DNA of 46,115 bases from a virus (Duplodnaviria; Caudoviricetes), in the IMG/VR virus record IMGVR_UViG_3300031228_000011, positions 1 to 46,115 of that record. The stretch is one strand, 5' to 3'. The position numbers and the translations under genes are program-made. Below, one piece after another: positions 1 through 8,546 of this stretch; the first letter of the stretch is position 1, and every line of letters begins with the position of its first letter. Below the pieces are notes generated by a model. The model was not told where the DNA came from and did not search any database. It saw only the letters and a program-made list of their open reading frames with translations.

Positions 1-127
1 GAGACACAACGACGACGACTTCCTCGCGATCCCGCGCCTGGCGGAGTATTACCGCCCCGGAACACCTGTTGTGGGGTGGGGGACTATTCCAGAGGGGTGG
101 GGCAATCGACCGCAGCGCCATGCCCCT
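1..127. repeat. Terminal direct repeat, left copy (identical to 45989-46115); probable circular-assembly overlap
   Basis: Exact 127-nt match between contig start and end; 127 is a common assembler k-mer length. Confidence 0.93.
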
Positions 128-377
128 TCGCCCAGCGGCAAATGCGAGCCACAGTGAGCCAGCCTCGCTCACCCCAGCCCTCAACCGCTATATCGTATTC
201 CGCGGCGGCTTGAGCGCTGGTCAGAATATCAACCGGCGGGACCGGCTTCGATTCCACTGCAAGGTCCGCCCTCGGCGGTAAGAGCGGCGTCGAGACGACC
301 CGCTCGGCGCAGGCGCTCGCAGCCAAGGCGAACGCGCACAGCGTCAGGCTGCGTGTCAGGGACTTTGGCGATAGCAT
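84..377 (-). CDS. Rz1: o-spanin (Rz1-like lipoprotein)
   Basis: Signal peptide ending in lipobox-like LAASAC, Pro-rich mature part, overlaps the 3' end of the i-spanin, last gene of the lysis cassette. Confidence 0.75.
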   Translation of the reverse strand: MLSPKSLTRSLTLCAFALAASACAERVVSTPLLPPRADLAVESKPVPPVDILTSAQAAAEYDIAVEGWGERGWLTVARICRWAKGHGAAVDCPTPLE

Positions 378-639
378 CGATCAGATCCTCTTCGGCTTGT
401 TCAACAGCAGCAGTGTCGGCCTGGCGTTCCTCGGCGGCAGTCTCCACAAGGGCCGCCTGAGTGCCCAGGAGCGCGATCTCGGCCTCGGCTAGGGTGAGAG
501 CCGTCCGAGCCTCGTCTCGCGCGCCAGCGGCCCGCGTCCAGCCCCACCAGCATACAGCCAGCGCCAAGGCCATGCCGATAGCGACGAAGCCCTTGATACC
601 GATGGCGGCTGCGATCTTGCCGGCTGCGATCATCATCAT
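229..639 (-). CDS. Rz: i-spanin (Rz-like)
   Basis: N-terminal TM segment, Ala/Glu-rich coiled coil, C-terminal Cys; ATG at 639 overlaps the upstream TGA (ATGA). Confidence 0.72.
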   Translation of the reverse strand: MMMIAAGKIAAAIGIKGFVAIGMALALAVCWWGWTRAAGARDEARTALTLAEAEIALLGTQAALVETAAEERQADTAAVEQAEEDLIDAIAKVPDTQPDAVRVRLGCERLRRAGRLDAALTAEGGPCSGIEAGPAG

Positions 640-875
640 TCTCCAAGGGCAGCAAAGGCCGCGATCATCAATGCCATGCCCGAAATCAGCGCGGTCACGG
701 TCCACCTAACCTGCTCTTTGGTGACGAAGGTGGTTTGTTGGTGGCGCAGCTCGCTCAAAATATCGTTGTGCGACTTGGACTTCTCGTCGGCGGCTTTGAG
801 CGCGACGTTGACGGCCTCTTTGTCCGCCCTCCGCAGTTCCTCGAACTCGCGCAGACGGACGTGTTCTTCAGCCAC
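636..875 (-). CDS. Small coiled-coil protein with C-terminal TM helix (lysis accessory)
   Basis: VAEEHVRLREFEELRR...WTVTALISGMALMIAAFAALGE; GTG at 875 overlaps the end of the upstream gene. Confidence 0.6.
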   Translation of the reverse strand: MAEEHVRLREFEELRRADKEAVNVALKAADEKSKSHNDILSELRHQQTTFVTKEQVRWTVTALISGMALMIAAFAALGE

Positions 876-1266
876 CGGGCTTCGCTTTGATCTCTTCCGC
901 CTTGTCCACGGCAGCAGCGGCGGTTTCCTCGGCGGCATCGCCAGCGGCGTCGGGTGATGTGCCCGCGCCGGCGTGAGCGGCGGCTTCGTCGGTTCGTGTT
1001 TTCGCCTCGGTCGCCTTGGCCACCGCCACGTTGCGGTCCTTGATCCCAGCGCCGCCCGCGATAGCGACGAGGATCGCGGCGAGCCCGCCGGGGAACGCGA
1101 TGCAGTAGGCGGTGATGTCGAACTCGCGCCCCTCCGCCATGTTCCAGGCGACAAAGCCATTGGCCCCGACGATGAAGCTGAACGCACCGGCCGCACCGAC
1201 CAGGCGGGTCAGCTCGTACTCGCCGCCGATGCCGCGGAGCGCGTTGGTGAGGCCGGGGAAGATCAT
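868..1266 (-). CDS. Putative holin (2 TM helices)
   Basis: Two hydrophobic segments then a charged tail; in the lysis cassette; ATG at 1266 is coupled to the TGA at 1263-1265. Confidence 0.6.
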   Translation of the reverse strand: MIFPGLTNALRGIGGEYELTRLVGAAGAFSFIVGANGFVAWNMAEGREFDITAYCIAFPGGLAAILVAIAGGAGIKDRNVAVAKATEAKTRTDEAAAHAGAGTSPDAAGDAAEETAAAAVDKAEEIKAKPGG

Positions 1267-1331
1267 CCCATCACCCGCCACGCCGCCGCAATCCGCCCAT
1301 CGTAGCCCTTCTGCCCCTTGCCGTTAGACAT
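1263..1331 (-). CDS. 22-aa mini-ORF carrying a second copy of the endolysin C-terminus (MSNGKGQKGYDGRIAAAWRVMG)
   Basis: 17 residues identical to the endolysin end; GGAG 8 nt before the ATG; stop overlaps the holin ATG. Confidence 0.7.
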   Translation of the reverse strand: MSNGKGQKGYDGRIAAAWRVMG

Positions 1332-1353
1332 AACATTTGCTCCGTGATAACGG

Positions 1354-1851
1354 TTGCCGATGGACACGGAAGAATGGCGGCCGACGCGCGAGGTCGAGGG
1401 CTACGAGGTCAGCAACTTGGGCCGCGTTCGGCACGCCGAGAAGGGCACAATCAAAGGCGCACCCGTCGCCCGCAACGGGTATCGAGTTGTCAATCTGTGG
1501 CGGCACAACAAAGGGCGGGTCTGCTACGTCCACTCCTTGGTGGCCGAAGCTTTCATCGGCACTCGGCCGCCGCAAATGTCGGTCAACCACATCGACGGCG
1601 ATAGGTTGAACAACCTGCCGGCGAACCTCGAATATATGACGCTTGCCGATAACTCGCGCGATCAAGCCGCTAACGGCAGGGCCGCCAAGGGTGAGCGCAA
1701 TGGACACGCGAAGCTGACGGCAGATCAGGTTCGCGAGATAAAGCGACGCGCAGCCAACGGGGCGCGCACATGCGATCTGGCCATAGAGTTCGGTGTAGGT
1801 TCGCCTATCATCAGCCAAATCAAGAGCGGGACGCGCTGGGGACATATCTAG
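1354..1851 (+). CDS. NUMOD4-HNH homing endonuclease (antisense to the late operon)
   Basis: EEWRP...YEVSNLGRVR (NUMOD4), VHSLVAEAFIG...VNHIDGDRLNN..NLEY (HNH_3), C-terminal AKLT...HTH. Confidence 0.92.
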   Translation: MPMDTEEWRPTREVEGYEVSNLGRVRHAEKGTIKGAPVARNGYRVVNLWRHNKGRVCYVHSLVAEAFIGTRPPQMSVNHIDGDRLNNLPANLEYMTLADNSRDQAANGRAAKGERNGHAKLTADQVREIKRRAANGARTCDLAIEFGVGSPIISQIKSGTRWGHI

Positions 1852-2543
1852 CCGCCGGTCCGCCATGCGGCTGCAATTCTGCCATCATAGCCTTTCTGAC
1901 CTTTCCCATTAAAACCACGCGCGAAGGCGAGGCAGTTGGCCGGGTTGCCGTCGATCTGGCGCAGCGCGCCGATCAGGCCGTTGACGCGGATAAACCGGGC
2001 GAAGGCGTCATAGTGGGCGAATTCGCTCAGGCTGAGCTGCCACACGAACTCGCGCACGCTGGAGTAACCGAGCGCCTTCCAGTGCGCGCCCATGATCTGG
2101 AACTTGCCGAAGCTCGCGCATTCGGCGGCAACGTCTAAGCCGAACCGCCCGGCCGCATCGGCGAGCTTTTCCCAACTGTCGTTGATGCCGTCATTGTCGG
2201 CGTCCGTCGTGTAGCCGCCCGGCGAGGGATTCGACAGGAACGGCACGGCGATGCGAACGCGCCGCCACAGGTAATGCCGCTCCCACAGGGCCTTCAGCAG
2301 ACCGTCGTTATCCCAGCCCCCGCCGGCACTCTCAACCTTGGCGACGGCTCGCAGGTTGCGTGCCGGGGCGCCAAGGGTGTTGGCGATCAGCGTCACCTCG
2401 TCGGGCGTCACTGCGGGCGCGTTGCGGTTGCGGAACACCTCGATCACCGCGGCGCGGGTCATCGGTCCCCATGCGCCGTCCTCAACCAGGTGCGCGCCTT
2501 TCGAGTTGAACCAGCGTTGCAGTTCGCGTGTGCGCTCGCTCAT
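1848..2543 (-). CDS. Endolysin: peptidoglycan-binding N-terminus plus N-acetylmuramidase (DUF3380-type)
   Basis: DGAWGPMT PG-binding motif; AVAKVESAG, ALWERH, SFGKFQIMG.H, FARGFNG muramidase motifs. Confidence 0.88.
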   Translation of the reverse strand: MSERTRELQRWFNSKGAHLVEDGAWGPMTRAAVIEVFRNRNAPAVTPDEVTLIANTLGAPARNLRAVAKVESAGGGWDNDGLLKALWERHYLWRRVRIAVPFLSNPSPGGYTTDADNDGINDSWEKLADAAGRFGLDVAAECASFGKFQIMGAHWKALGYSSVREFVWQLSLSEFAHYDAFARFIRVNGLIGALRQIDGNPANCLAFARGFNGKGQKGYDGRIAAAWRTGG

Positions 2544-2911
2544 TCGCCTTCTCCCGTCTTTTTCCTGGCCTTGTCGGCGGCGACGTTCAGTTGCGCGAGC
2601 TGCTTCGCATCGCCGTAGCCCTGCATCAGCCCCCGCAGGCGGGCGACTTCTTCCTCGCTCTCGGCGTGCTTGCGTTCGCATTCGGCGAGACCCTCACGCA
2701 ACGAAACGCACTCGGCCTTCATGCGGTCTATTTCCTGCCGGAAGTCGTCCAGAAGGGATTGCAACCCGGTATCGAGCCGGTCTTCCTTCTTGTCGATCCG
2801 GCCGGCAACGAAGCCCGCCAACCAACGCACCACGAGAAAGGAGAAGCCGAAGCTCATCCCCCCGACGCTGGTGTAGAATGCCGTCGAGAGCGCGACCCCG
2901 GATTCGATCAT
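2540..2911 (-). CDS. TM plus coiled-coil protein upstream of the endolysin (holin/antiholin-like)
   Basis: MIESGVALS...FSFLVVRWLAGF TM then a long coiled coil; coupled to both neighbours. Confidence 0.6.
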   Translation of the reverse strand: MIESGVALSTAFYTSVGGMSFGFSFLVVRWLAGFVAGRIDKKEDRLDTGLQSLLDDFRQEIDRMKAECVSLREGLAECERKHAESEEEVARLRGLMQGYGDAKQLAQLNVAADKARKKTGEGE

Positions 2912-3378
2912 GCTGCATCCTCGTGCCTCGCTCTCGGGTTGAAATGTTCCCAAGGGTTGAACTGTCGGTTGAATGCTCGCACGCGCAGGGCCAGTTCGTT
3001 GACGTAGGGCAGGCCGAACAGCATCTGTCCCGCCACCAGCCACCAGCCCGCCCACCAGCTTTCCGTGGTGTGCCCGCCGTGGAGCCAGGCGTAGACCCCG
3101 AGCCCCGTGGTCAAGGGGATGCTCGCCGCGATCAGCTTCTCCGCGATGTCGAAGCGGCGCTTGCGGGTCAGGAACCAGACGATGATCGCCGCATCGCAGA
3201 CCACGAATAGCGCAAAGCTGTCGCCGCCTGTCGCCTGCCACCAGGTTTGCTGAATGCCCCACCCCAGGCAGATCAGCAGCCCGGCGGAACGGACGCTGCC
3301 CAACAGGCATAGCCGCACGGCGTTGAGCGCCAGGCTCAAGCCGCACAGCACGACCAGGACGAGCAGCGTCCAGTGCAT
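2908..3378 (-). CDS. Multi-pass (about 5 TM) membrane protein
   Basis: Successive hydrophobic, Trp-rich segments; TGATG coupling with the upstream peptide gene. Confidence 0.7.
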   Translation of the reverse strand: MHWTLLVLVVLCGLSLALNAVRLCLLGSVRSAGLLICLGWGIQQTWWQATGGDSFALFVVCDAAIIVWFLTRKRRFDIAEKLIAASIPLTTGLGVYAWLHGGHTTESWWAGWWLVAGQMLFGLPYVNELALRVRAFNRQFNPWEHFNPRARHEDAA

Positions 3379-3533
3379 CACGGCTCGCCGGGAGGTCCAT
3401 TGCCGGTGCCGCCGCTCTGTGTCGAAGCGCCGCCGAGCTGTTCCATCGCGGCGCGCAGGCGTTCGGCCTTTTCTTCGTCGCCGGCCGCTTCGGCTTCGGC
3501 AAGCTGTTCGGCGAGCTTTTCGTATGCGTTCAT
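3378..3533 (-). CDS. 51-aa acidic peptide ending STQSGGTGNGPPGEP
   Basis: Strong AAGGAG RBS; stop overlaps the next ATG; below the ORF-track cutoff, translated by hand. Confidence 0.65.
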   Translation of the reverse strand: MNAYEKLAEQLAEAEAAGDEEKAERLRAAMEQLGGASTQSGGTGNGPPGEP

Positions 3534-3554
3534 GTCAGTCTCCTTGGTTGAAAA

Positions 3555-3650
3555 TTACCGCCACCATCCGAGCCACTTGAACAGCGCCACGGCTAGAAGG
3601 AGGCTGATCGACACGGCCCCCATAATTGCGAAGAACTGGAGCATGGTCAT
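3555..3650 (-). CDS. 31-aa single-TM peptide (MTMLQFFAIMGAVSISLLLAVALFKWLGWWR)
   Basis: GAAAGGA RBS; one hydrophobic helix. Confidence 0.5.
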   Translation of the reverse strand: MTMLQFFAIMGAVSISLLLAVALFKWLGWWR

Positions 3651-3732
3651 TCGGCGGTCCTTTCGGGGCCGGATTTTAGCTTCGGAGAGGGTAAGGGGTT
3701 AGGTTCGCGGGGATTTGCGATCCTGCCAAAAC

Positions 3733-4257
3733 CTAGGGCTCGCACTCGTAAGTGAGAGTGACCATAAACTCGGCGGAGTCCTGAACGTCCGCCTCGGTCG
3801 CCAACGAGCCGTTGGTGACGTCGAGGCATTTTAGAACTGTCGTGTTTGGGTCAGCCCAGAATTGTAAGTTTTTCCCGGCGGGAGTGGCGAACGCGAACAC
3901 CGCCGCCGCGTGGTGCTGGTTGGCTGTGTTTTTCGTTGTGAACGGCAGTCCTGTTATCGTGAAACTGCCCGTCGAAGACCCGTTGCTCGTGAGCTGGACG
4001 TGGCACGTTGCCATTACGAGATTGCCAGTGCGGACGTAGCGGCCAACCTGAATGGCGTAGGTCACGCCCACCGAAGCCCCGCCGAACGCCACAACCGGCG
4101 TCCATGCGCCTGTTGTCTGTCCTAGCGTCGCGAACGAAAGCGCCGCGTTCTCTCCCGTCACCTTGCGGCTATTGCCGGCAGCGTTCTCGATCTCGATCAG
4201 ATCGCCATCGGCGATTACCGTCGCGGCGGTGAAATCGGAAATCTTCTTGTCGGCCAT
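3733..4257 (-). CDS. Short tail fibre / receptor-binding-type protein
   Basis: MADKKISDF N-terminus; GAWTP...GRYVRTGNLV...ITGLPF beta-sandwich typical of fibre tips; end of the tail module. Confidence 0.7.
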   Translation of the reverse strand: MADKKISDFTAATVIADGDLIEIENAAGNSRKVTGENAALSFATLGQTTGAWTPVVAFGGASVGVTYAIQVGRYVRTGNLVMATCHVQLTSNGSSTGSFTITGLPFTTKNTANQHHAAAVFAFATPAGKNLQFWADPNTTVLKCLDVTNGSLATEADVQDSAEFMVTLTYECEP

Positions 4258-4418
4258 TAGATGGTCTCCTGAGCCTGGCGAACGTCCCCGCCGCTGTCCA
4301 TGTCGCCAGCGGGAATGCGCCGATCAGAACCGCTCTGCATATCGCCCGCGGGCACGCGGGTATGGAGCACGATGGTCCCCGCCAAGTTTACCCTCCCAAG
4401 CATCGGATGAACGAACAT
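4257..4418 (-). CDS. Small tail-fibre-associated protein with an internal repeat (RVPAGDMQSG / RIPAGDMDSG)
   Basis: Coupled on both sides to fibre genes; duplicated decapeptide. Confidence 0.5.
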   Translation of the reverse strand: MFVHPMLGRVNLAGTIVLHTRVPAGDMQSGSDRRIPAGDMDSGGDVRQAQETI

Positions 4419-5173
4419 CACGACGCGTAATCCTTCGTCAGCGTGGCGAGTATGCGCCCGGTGGTCGGCGCCCAATAGACCAGCAGATCCACCGCGCCCG
4501 CAGCCGTCGATAGCACCGGCGCGCCGCCGGGGAACTTCCACTGGCCGCCATAAGTCAGCGTCCAGCCCCCGGTTCCGTCCTGCGTGATCTCAATCGCTCC
4601 GCTGTCGCCCGCCTGCAGGTTGGTCGGGTTGGCGAGCGTGGCGTCCTCTTCCAGCGTCAGCGTGAAGTTAGCACCGGCGTTGAAGTCTGGCGTGATCGTG
4701 GCGCCGCTGGTGAGCGCGGTCGGTGCGGAACCGGCCTGAGCAATCGCGGGCGACAGGTATTTCCCGGTCGCCGTTCCTGTCCAGAACTCGACAGCCGTCG
4801 CCTCGGTCGGATTGGCCCCGAGGGAAGCCCACGCCGAACCGCTCCACCTATAGTCGACATCCTCGTCCTGCACATAGGCAAGAGCGCCTTCATGTAGGGT
4901 GCCAAGGACAGTGTAGAGCCAGCCGGACGCGGCATCGACGCCGACCGCCGTGGCAATCTGGCCTTCCTTGCCAGCGAAGGCCCCTGTCGCGGTGGCGATG
5001 ATGATGTAGCTCGCGCCGTCCGCGCACGAACCGGGCGGAGCAGTCACCCGGTCGGCAACGGCATAGCGAGCTGCGCCAGCCTCAAGACGACGGAGGGCTT
5101 CGTTGTGCGCTGTCCAAGGGGAAGCTTGCGGGCCTGCCCAGTCTGTTGCGCCAAGGCGAGGAGTTGAGGTCAT
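4418..5173 (-). CDS. DUF2793-domain tail fibre protein
   Basis: TPRLG...QA...HNEALRRLE...TAPP...G..YII...ATGAFAG.EGQIA motif. Confidence 0.8.
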   Translation of the reverse strand: MTSTPRLGATDWAGPQASPWTAHNEALRRLEAGAARYAVADRVTAPPGSCADGASYIIIATATGAFAGKEGQIATAVGVDAASGWLYTVLGTLHEGALAYVQDEDVDYRWSGSAWASLGANPTEATAVEFWTGTATGKYLSPAIAQAGSAPTALTSGATITPDFNAGANFTLTLEEDATLANPTNLQAGDSGAIEITQDGTGGWTLTYGGQWKFPGGAPVLSTAAGAVDLLVYWAPTTGRILATLTKDYAS

Positions 5174-8151
5174 GAAACACCTTCAGGGTAATTGAGCGGG
5201 TAGCCGCGCAGGCTTAGGGTTGGGTTGACCTGGTAGAGATTGGCTTCTGGCTCGGCGCCGAGCGGGCCGGCCCAGTCTGTGATCTGGTCGGCTTCGAGAT
5301 ACGTCAGCGGGAGGCTCGTTCCGGTGATCGTTCGCACCACTGCGACGCCGTCCATGATGTCGAGAGACCAACTCTCGCTTGCTTCGCCGAGCGGCACATC
5401 CTGCCCGTCAAGCGTGGTTCCGCCGATGCGGGTGCGGCGAACCGCATCGAATACCCAGTCGGCCCCGTCGAGTTCGGCTGTCCCGAGAACTGGCGCATAG
5501 GGCTTGTGGCTCGCCCCTGTGTAGTCGAGGCTAAAGGCCGTATCCTGATCGACCGCCTGCCCGGTGGTGGTGACGATGTAGAAATCCTCGTCGCCGATCT
5601 CGCTTGCGCCCAGCGTCCGCAGCTTGGCGTTGTCGAGCACCACGAAGGCATCGCCCGGTGCGTGGCCCGCCATCGCCCACTCGGTGCCGCGCACCCCGCG
5701 TAGGAAGCCTGTAATTGTGTAGGTCAGCGTGCCGGTCAACGTCGGGGTCATGAACTGGACCAGTTCCCACCCGTCGCCCGATTGGATCGCGGCGAGATTG
5801 CGGGTTCCGTCGAGGATCAATTCATCAAGCGTGGCTGCGGTCAGCTCGCCGACGTTGATCGTTATCGAAATGCTCGATCCCAGGTCCGCCACCCAGGGAT
5901 AGGCAACATCGGGCAAAGTCCCTGCGACCGTGCCGATGATGGCCCCGCTGTCGGACGCGATGCCGTCCCAGCCTTCGGTATAGGAATCGAGATCGCCTGT
6001 GTCGCTTACGGCAAAGTCCGCGCCCGTCCACACGCCCGGCTCGTCCGGTCCCGCGACAAGGTAGGCCAGCGGTGCCGTCTGGTCGTGCGCGTCGATCAGT
6101 AGGGCGGTATCCAGAACGAAGCCTTCGGCCGCCACCGCATCGGGCATCGTGTCGGGAATGATGCCAGCGGCCGGCGCGCCTTCGCTGTTCGGCAGGACAG
6201 CAACTGCCGGATCATCGCGCTTCCATTCGCCCGGCATCCGACCATCGGCCCCGATGGTCAGCTTGGCGCAGCGCATGGTCATCGCGTCGCCGTCGAATGA
6301 CGGCGTGAACACATCGCCCGGTTCGATGGCGAGCCGTTGACGGGTCAGCCCGAACTCGGCCTCGATGCGGCCGAACCTTTCGCGGCGCTGGCGGCGCTCG
6401 GTCAGTTGCTGCGCGCGCGTCGAGGTGATCGCCAGCGTCTGCATGTCGATCGAAATTTCGCCGCCAGATGCTTCCCCGCCCTGCGGCATGGCGACGTTTG
6501 GATTTTGCTCGGCGGTCGTGTCGGCGTAGGTCAGGAACACTCGCGCAGGCAGGCTGGAATCGCTCTTGTCCGGTATCGTGAACGGGCCGTTATCGTTGAC
6601 AACAAACTCGGTCGTGGGGATAGCCCCCGCGCTGGCCGAACCGCGCGGCAATGCCTGGATGGCAAATTCGTGCGGGCGAAGGTCGGCGTCGAACAGATCG
6701 CAAAGCCCTTCGCCTACCTGTGCGCCAGTAGCCTGCGCCCAATTGTAGCCGTCGAACCCGTGATCATCTCCGGCGACCAGGCCGAAGTCGTATTCGCTTG
6801 CTTCAAGGCCCGCCCGCTGGGCAAGGAATGTCAGAACAGCGGCGAGGGTCGTGCCTTCGCCGATCATCACTTCGCTGCCATAGAGGAAGTGGGCCTTAGC
6901 CGAGCGCCCTCCTCCACCGCCACCCGCAACTTCGACTTGGTAAATCGCCAGCATGTTGCCGACGCCTTCGTCAGAAGTAGCAGTGCTTTCCCCGCCGACC
7001 ACAATCGGCAACGCCCGTCCGGTCGGGCCGACAATGGCCAGCGACTTGAATACATAGTGGCCAGTTGAAGCCGTGCCGCCGATGTCGCCGGGATCGAACA
7101 CGCCCCCGCCGATGACGATATCCGCAAGATCGTAGGACGCCGGGCCGATGCCGTTGATTGAGGTCACTTCCGAGGCGAACACAGAGGCATCCACACTACG
7201 AAGGACAATCACCTGGAAGGCGTTCCTGGCGCTTGTTGCGACGACTGTGTTAGGTGTGAAGCTTGTATCGGGCGAACCGCCCATGAACTTGTAATAAGCC
7301 CGCCAAGTGAAGTCAGATAGACCGCTTTCCGCAGTGTATCCATCGGTTAGGAATTGGTAGCCATCAATGTCCGCATGGTAGGAATCGCCGTTCAACGGAT
7401 TGCGAGACGAGCTGACCACGATAATCACGAAGTCACCGGCCTGCGGGGTCGAATCCGTTCCGCCCGACAGCGCGAAGCTGATCGCCCCTGCTGTCGTGCC
7501 AGAGCGCGTTGCCTGCTGCTGCCCGACGAAATCGATCTCGGCAGTATCAGGAACAGTGAGCGCGCTGTTCTGGTAAGCCAGCACTTTCACATCGGGATAG
7601 CGGTTGCCGAGCATCTCAAGAGGGATGCCCTCGAAATAGATGTAGCTCGTTCCCCGATAGGCCGGGCAGGTGTCCGCCTCTTCGTCGCGCGCCTCGATGT
7701 AGGCGAGCATGTCCGGGTCTGGGTCTTGCGTCTCGGTGCCGAGGTAGACGCGCATGTGCGCTTCCAGCTCGTAATCGTCGGCAAGCGGGTAAATCTTCTC
7801 GGTGCTGCCGGTGTTGTCATAGACCAGATGGTTGTCGAACCAGACTTGAAGCACGCCGCCGATGTCGTGGTCGGCAATGTGAATCGCGAAGCTGCCGAAC
7901 CCGGTATAGCTTACCTGCTTGCCGCCCTTGCCCTTGCGCTTCTTGCGGACTTCCTGGATCGGCTTGGCGAAGAAGCACGGGCAGTTGACCAGCCGCGTGC
8001 CTAGGAAGTAGTTCAGCGGCGTTCCGTAGTCGGCGACGGTCGCGGGTGCGCCCTTGACGCGCGGCCCCTCGAACGTCTGCATGGCGGTCATCGCCATGTT
8101 TGCCGCCGTCAGGGCAACGGTGATGGCAAGGGATACGGGGTCTACCGCCAC
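5170..8151 (-). CDS. Central tail tip / host-specificity protein (RcGTA g15 'megatron'-like)
   Basis: PAYRG..YI.FE..PL...GNR.P motif, WELVQF, LRGVRGTE, HAPGD.FVVL; follows NlpC/P60; probable GTG start at 8151. Confidence 0.85.
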   Translation of the reverse strand: MAVDPVSLAITVALTAANMAMTAMQTFEGPRVKGAPATVADYGTPLNYFLGTRLVNCPCFFAKPIQEVRKKRKGKGGKQVSYTGFGSFAIHIADHDIGGVLQVWFDNHLVYDNTGSTEKIYPLADDYELEAHMRVYLGTETQDPDPDMLAYIEARDEEADTCPAYRGTSYIYFEGIPLEMLGNRYPDVKVLAYQNSALTVPDTAEIDFVGQQQATRSGTTAGAISFALSGGTDSTPQAGDFVIIVVSSSRNPLNGDSYHADIDGYQFLTDGYTAESGLSDFTWRAYYKFMGGSPDTSFTPNTVVATSARNAFQVIVLRSVDASVFASEVTSINGIGPASYDLADIVIGGGVFDPGDIGGTASTGHYVFKSLAIVGPTGRALPIVVGGESTATSDEGVGNMLAIYQVEVAGGGGGGRSAKAHFLYGSEVMIGEGTTLAAVLTFLAQRAGLEASEYDFGLVAGDDHGFDGYNWAQATGAQVGEGLCDLFDADLRPHEFAIQALPRGSASAGAIPTTEFVVNDNGPFTIPDKSDSSLPARVFLTYADTTAEQNPNVAMPQGGEASGGEISIDMQTLAITSTRAQQLTERRQRRERFGRIEAEFGLTRQRLAIEPGDVFTPSFDGDAMTMRCAKLTIGADGRMPGEWKRDDPAVAVLPNSEGAPAAGIIPDTMPDAVAAEGFVLDTALLIDAHDQTAPLAYLVAGPDEPGVWTGADFAVSDTGDLDSYTEGWDGIASDSGAIIGTVAGTLPDVAYPWVADLGSSISITINVGELTAATLDELILDGTRNLAAIQSGDGWELVQFMTPTLTGTLTYTITGFLRGVRGTEWAMAGHAPGDAFVVLDNAKLRTLGASEIGDEDFYIVTTTGQAVDQDTAFSLDYTGASHKPYAPVLGTAELDGADWVFDAVRRTRIGGTTLDGQDVPLGEASESWSLDIMDGVAVVRTITGTSLPLTYLEADQITDWAGPLGAEPEANLYQVNPTLSLRGYPLNYPEGVS

Positions 8152-8546
8152 GCCCACACTCCCGCCAAGCGGTTCAGCCAAATCCCGGACAGCGGCGTTT
8201 CGATCACTTGCCGGGGCGGCAGCGAATAGGCGTGAACAAACCTGTCGCCGGTGCAGATGCCGAGATGCTGCACCTTGTCGCGGATAGTGAACGCTAGAAT
8301 ATCCCCCGGCTCAGGATCGTCCTTCCGGTCAAACAGTCGGTCCAATCCTAAGAGCAAGGCCGCCTCGTCAATCCGCCGCGAATAGCCGACTATGTTGGCC
8401 TCGATCGTCTCGGCTTCCGGCCGGCCGAGTTCGCGGGCAACGCCAGTCAGCAGGCCCCGGCAATCGCAGCCGATATGCTTGACCGCCGCCTCCCAATGAA
8501 ACGGCGTGGAAACCCATGTGCGGGCTGCGCTGGCAACATCATTCAT
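8142..8546 (-). CDS. NlpC/P60 tail peptidase
   Basis: ARTWVSTPFHW...GCDCRGL...HLGI...FVHAY (catalytic Cys/His). Confidence 0.88.
   Translation of the reverse strand: MNDVASAARTWVSTPFHWEAAVKHIGCDCRGLLTGVARELGRPEAETIEANIVGYSRRIDEAALLLGLDRLFDRKDDPEPGDILAFTIRDKVQHLGICTGDRFVHAYSLPPRQVIETPLSGIWLNRLAGVWAWR

Noticed and set aside
1324-1866. 180-aa minus-strand ORF between endolysin and holin
   Set aside because: It is the antisense shadow of the clear NUMOD4-HNH gene and has no motifs.
3378-3533. Lasso peptide precursor (Thr at -2 before SGG...)
   Set aside because: No Asp/Glu at core positions 7-9, and no lasso cyclase or peptidase genes in the genome.
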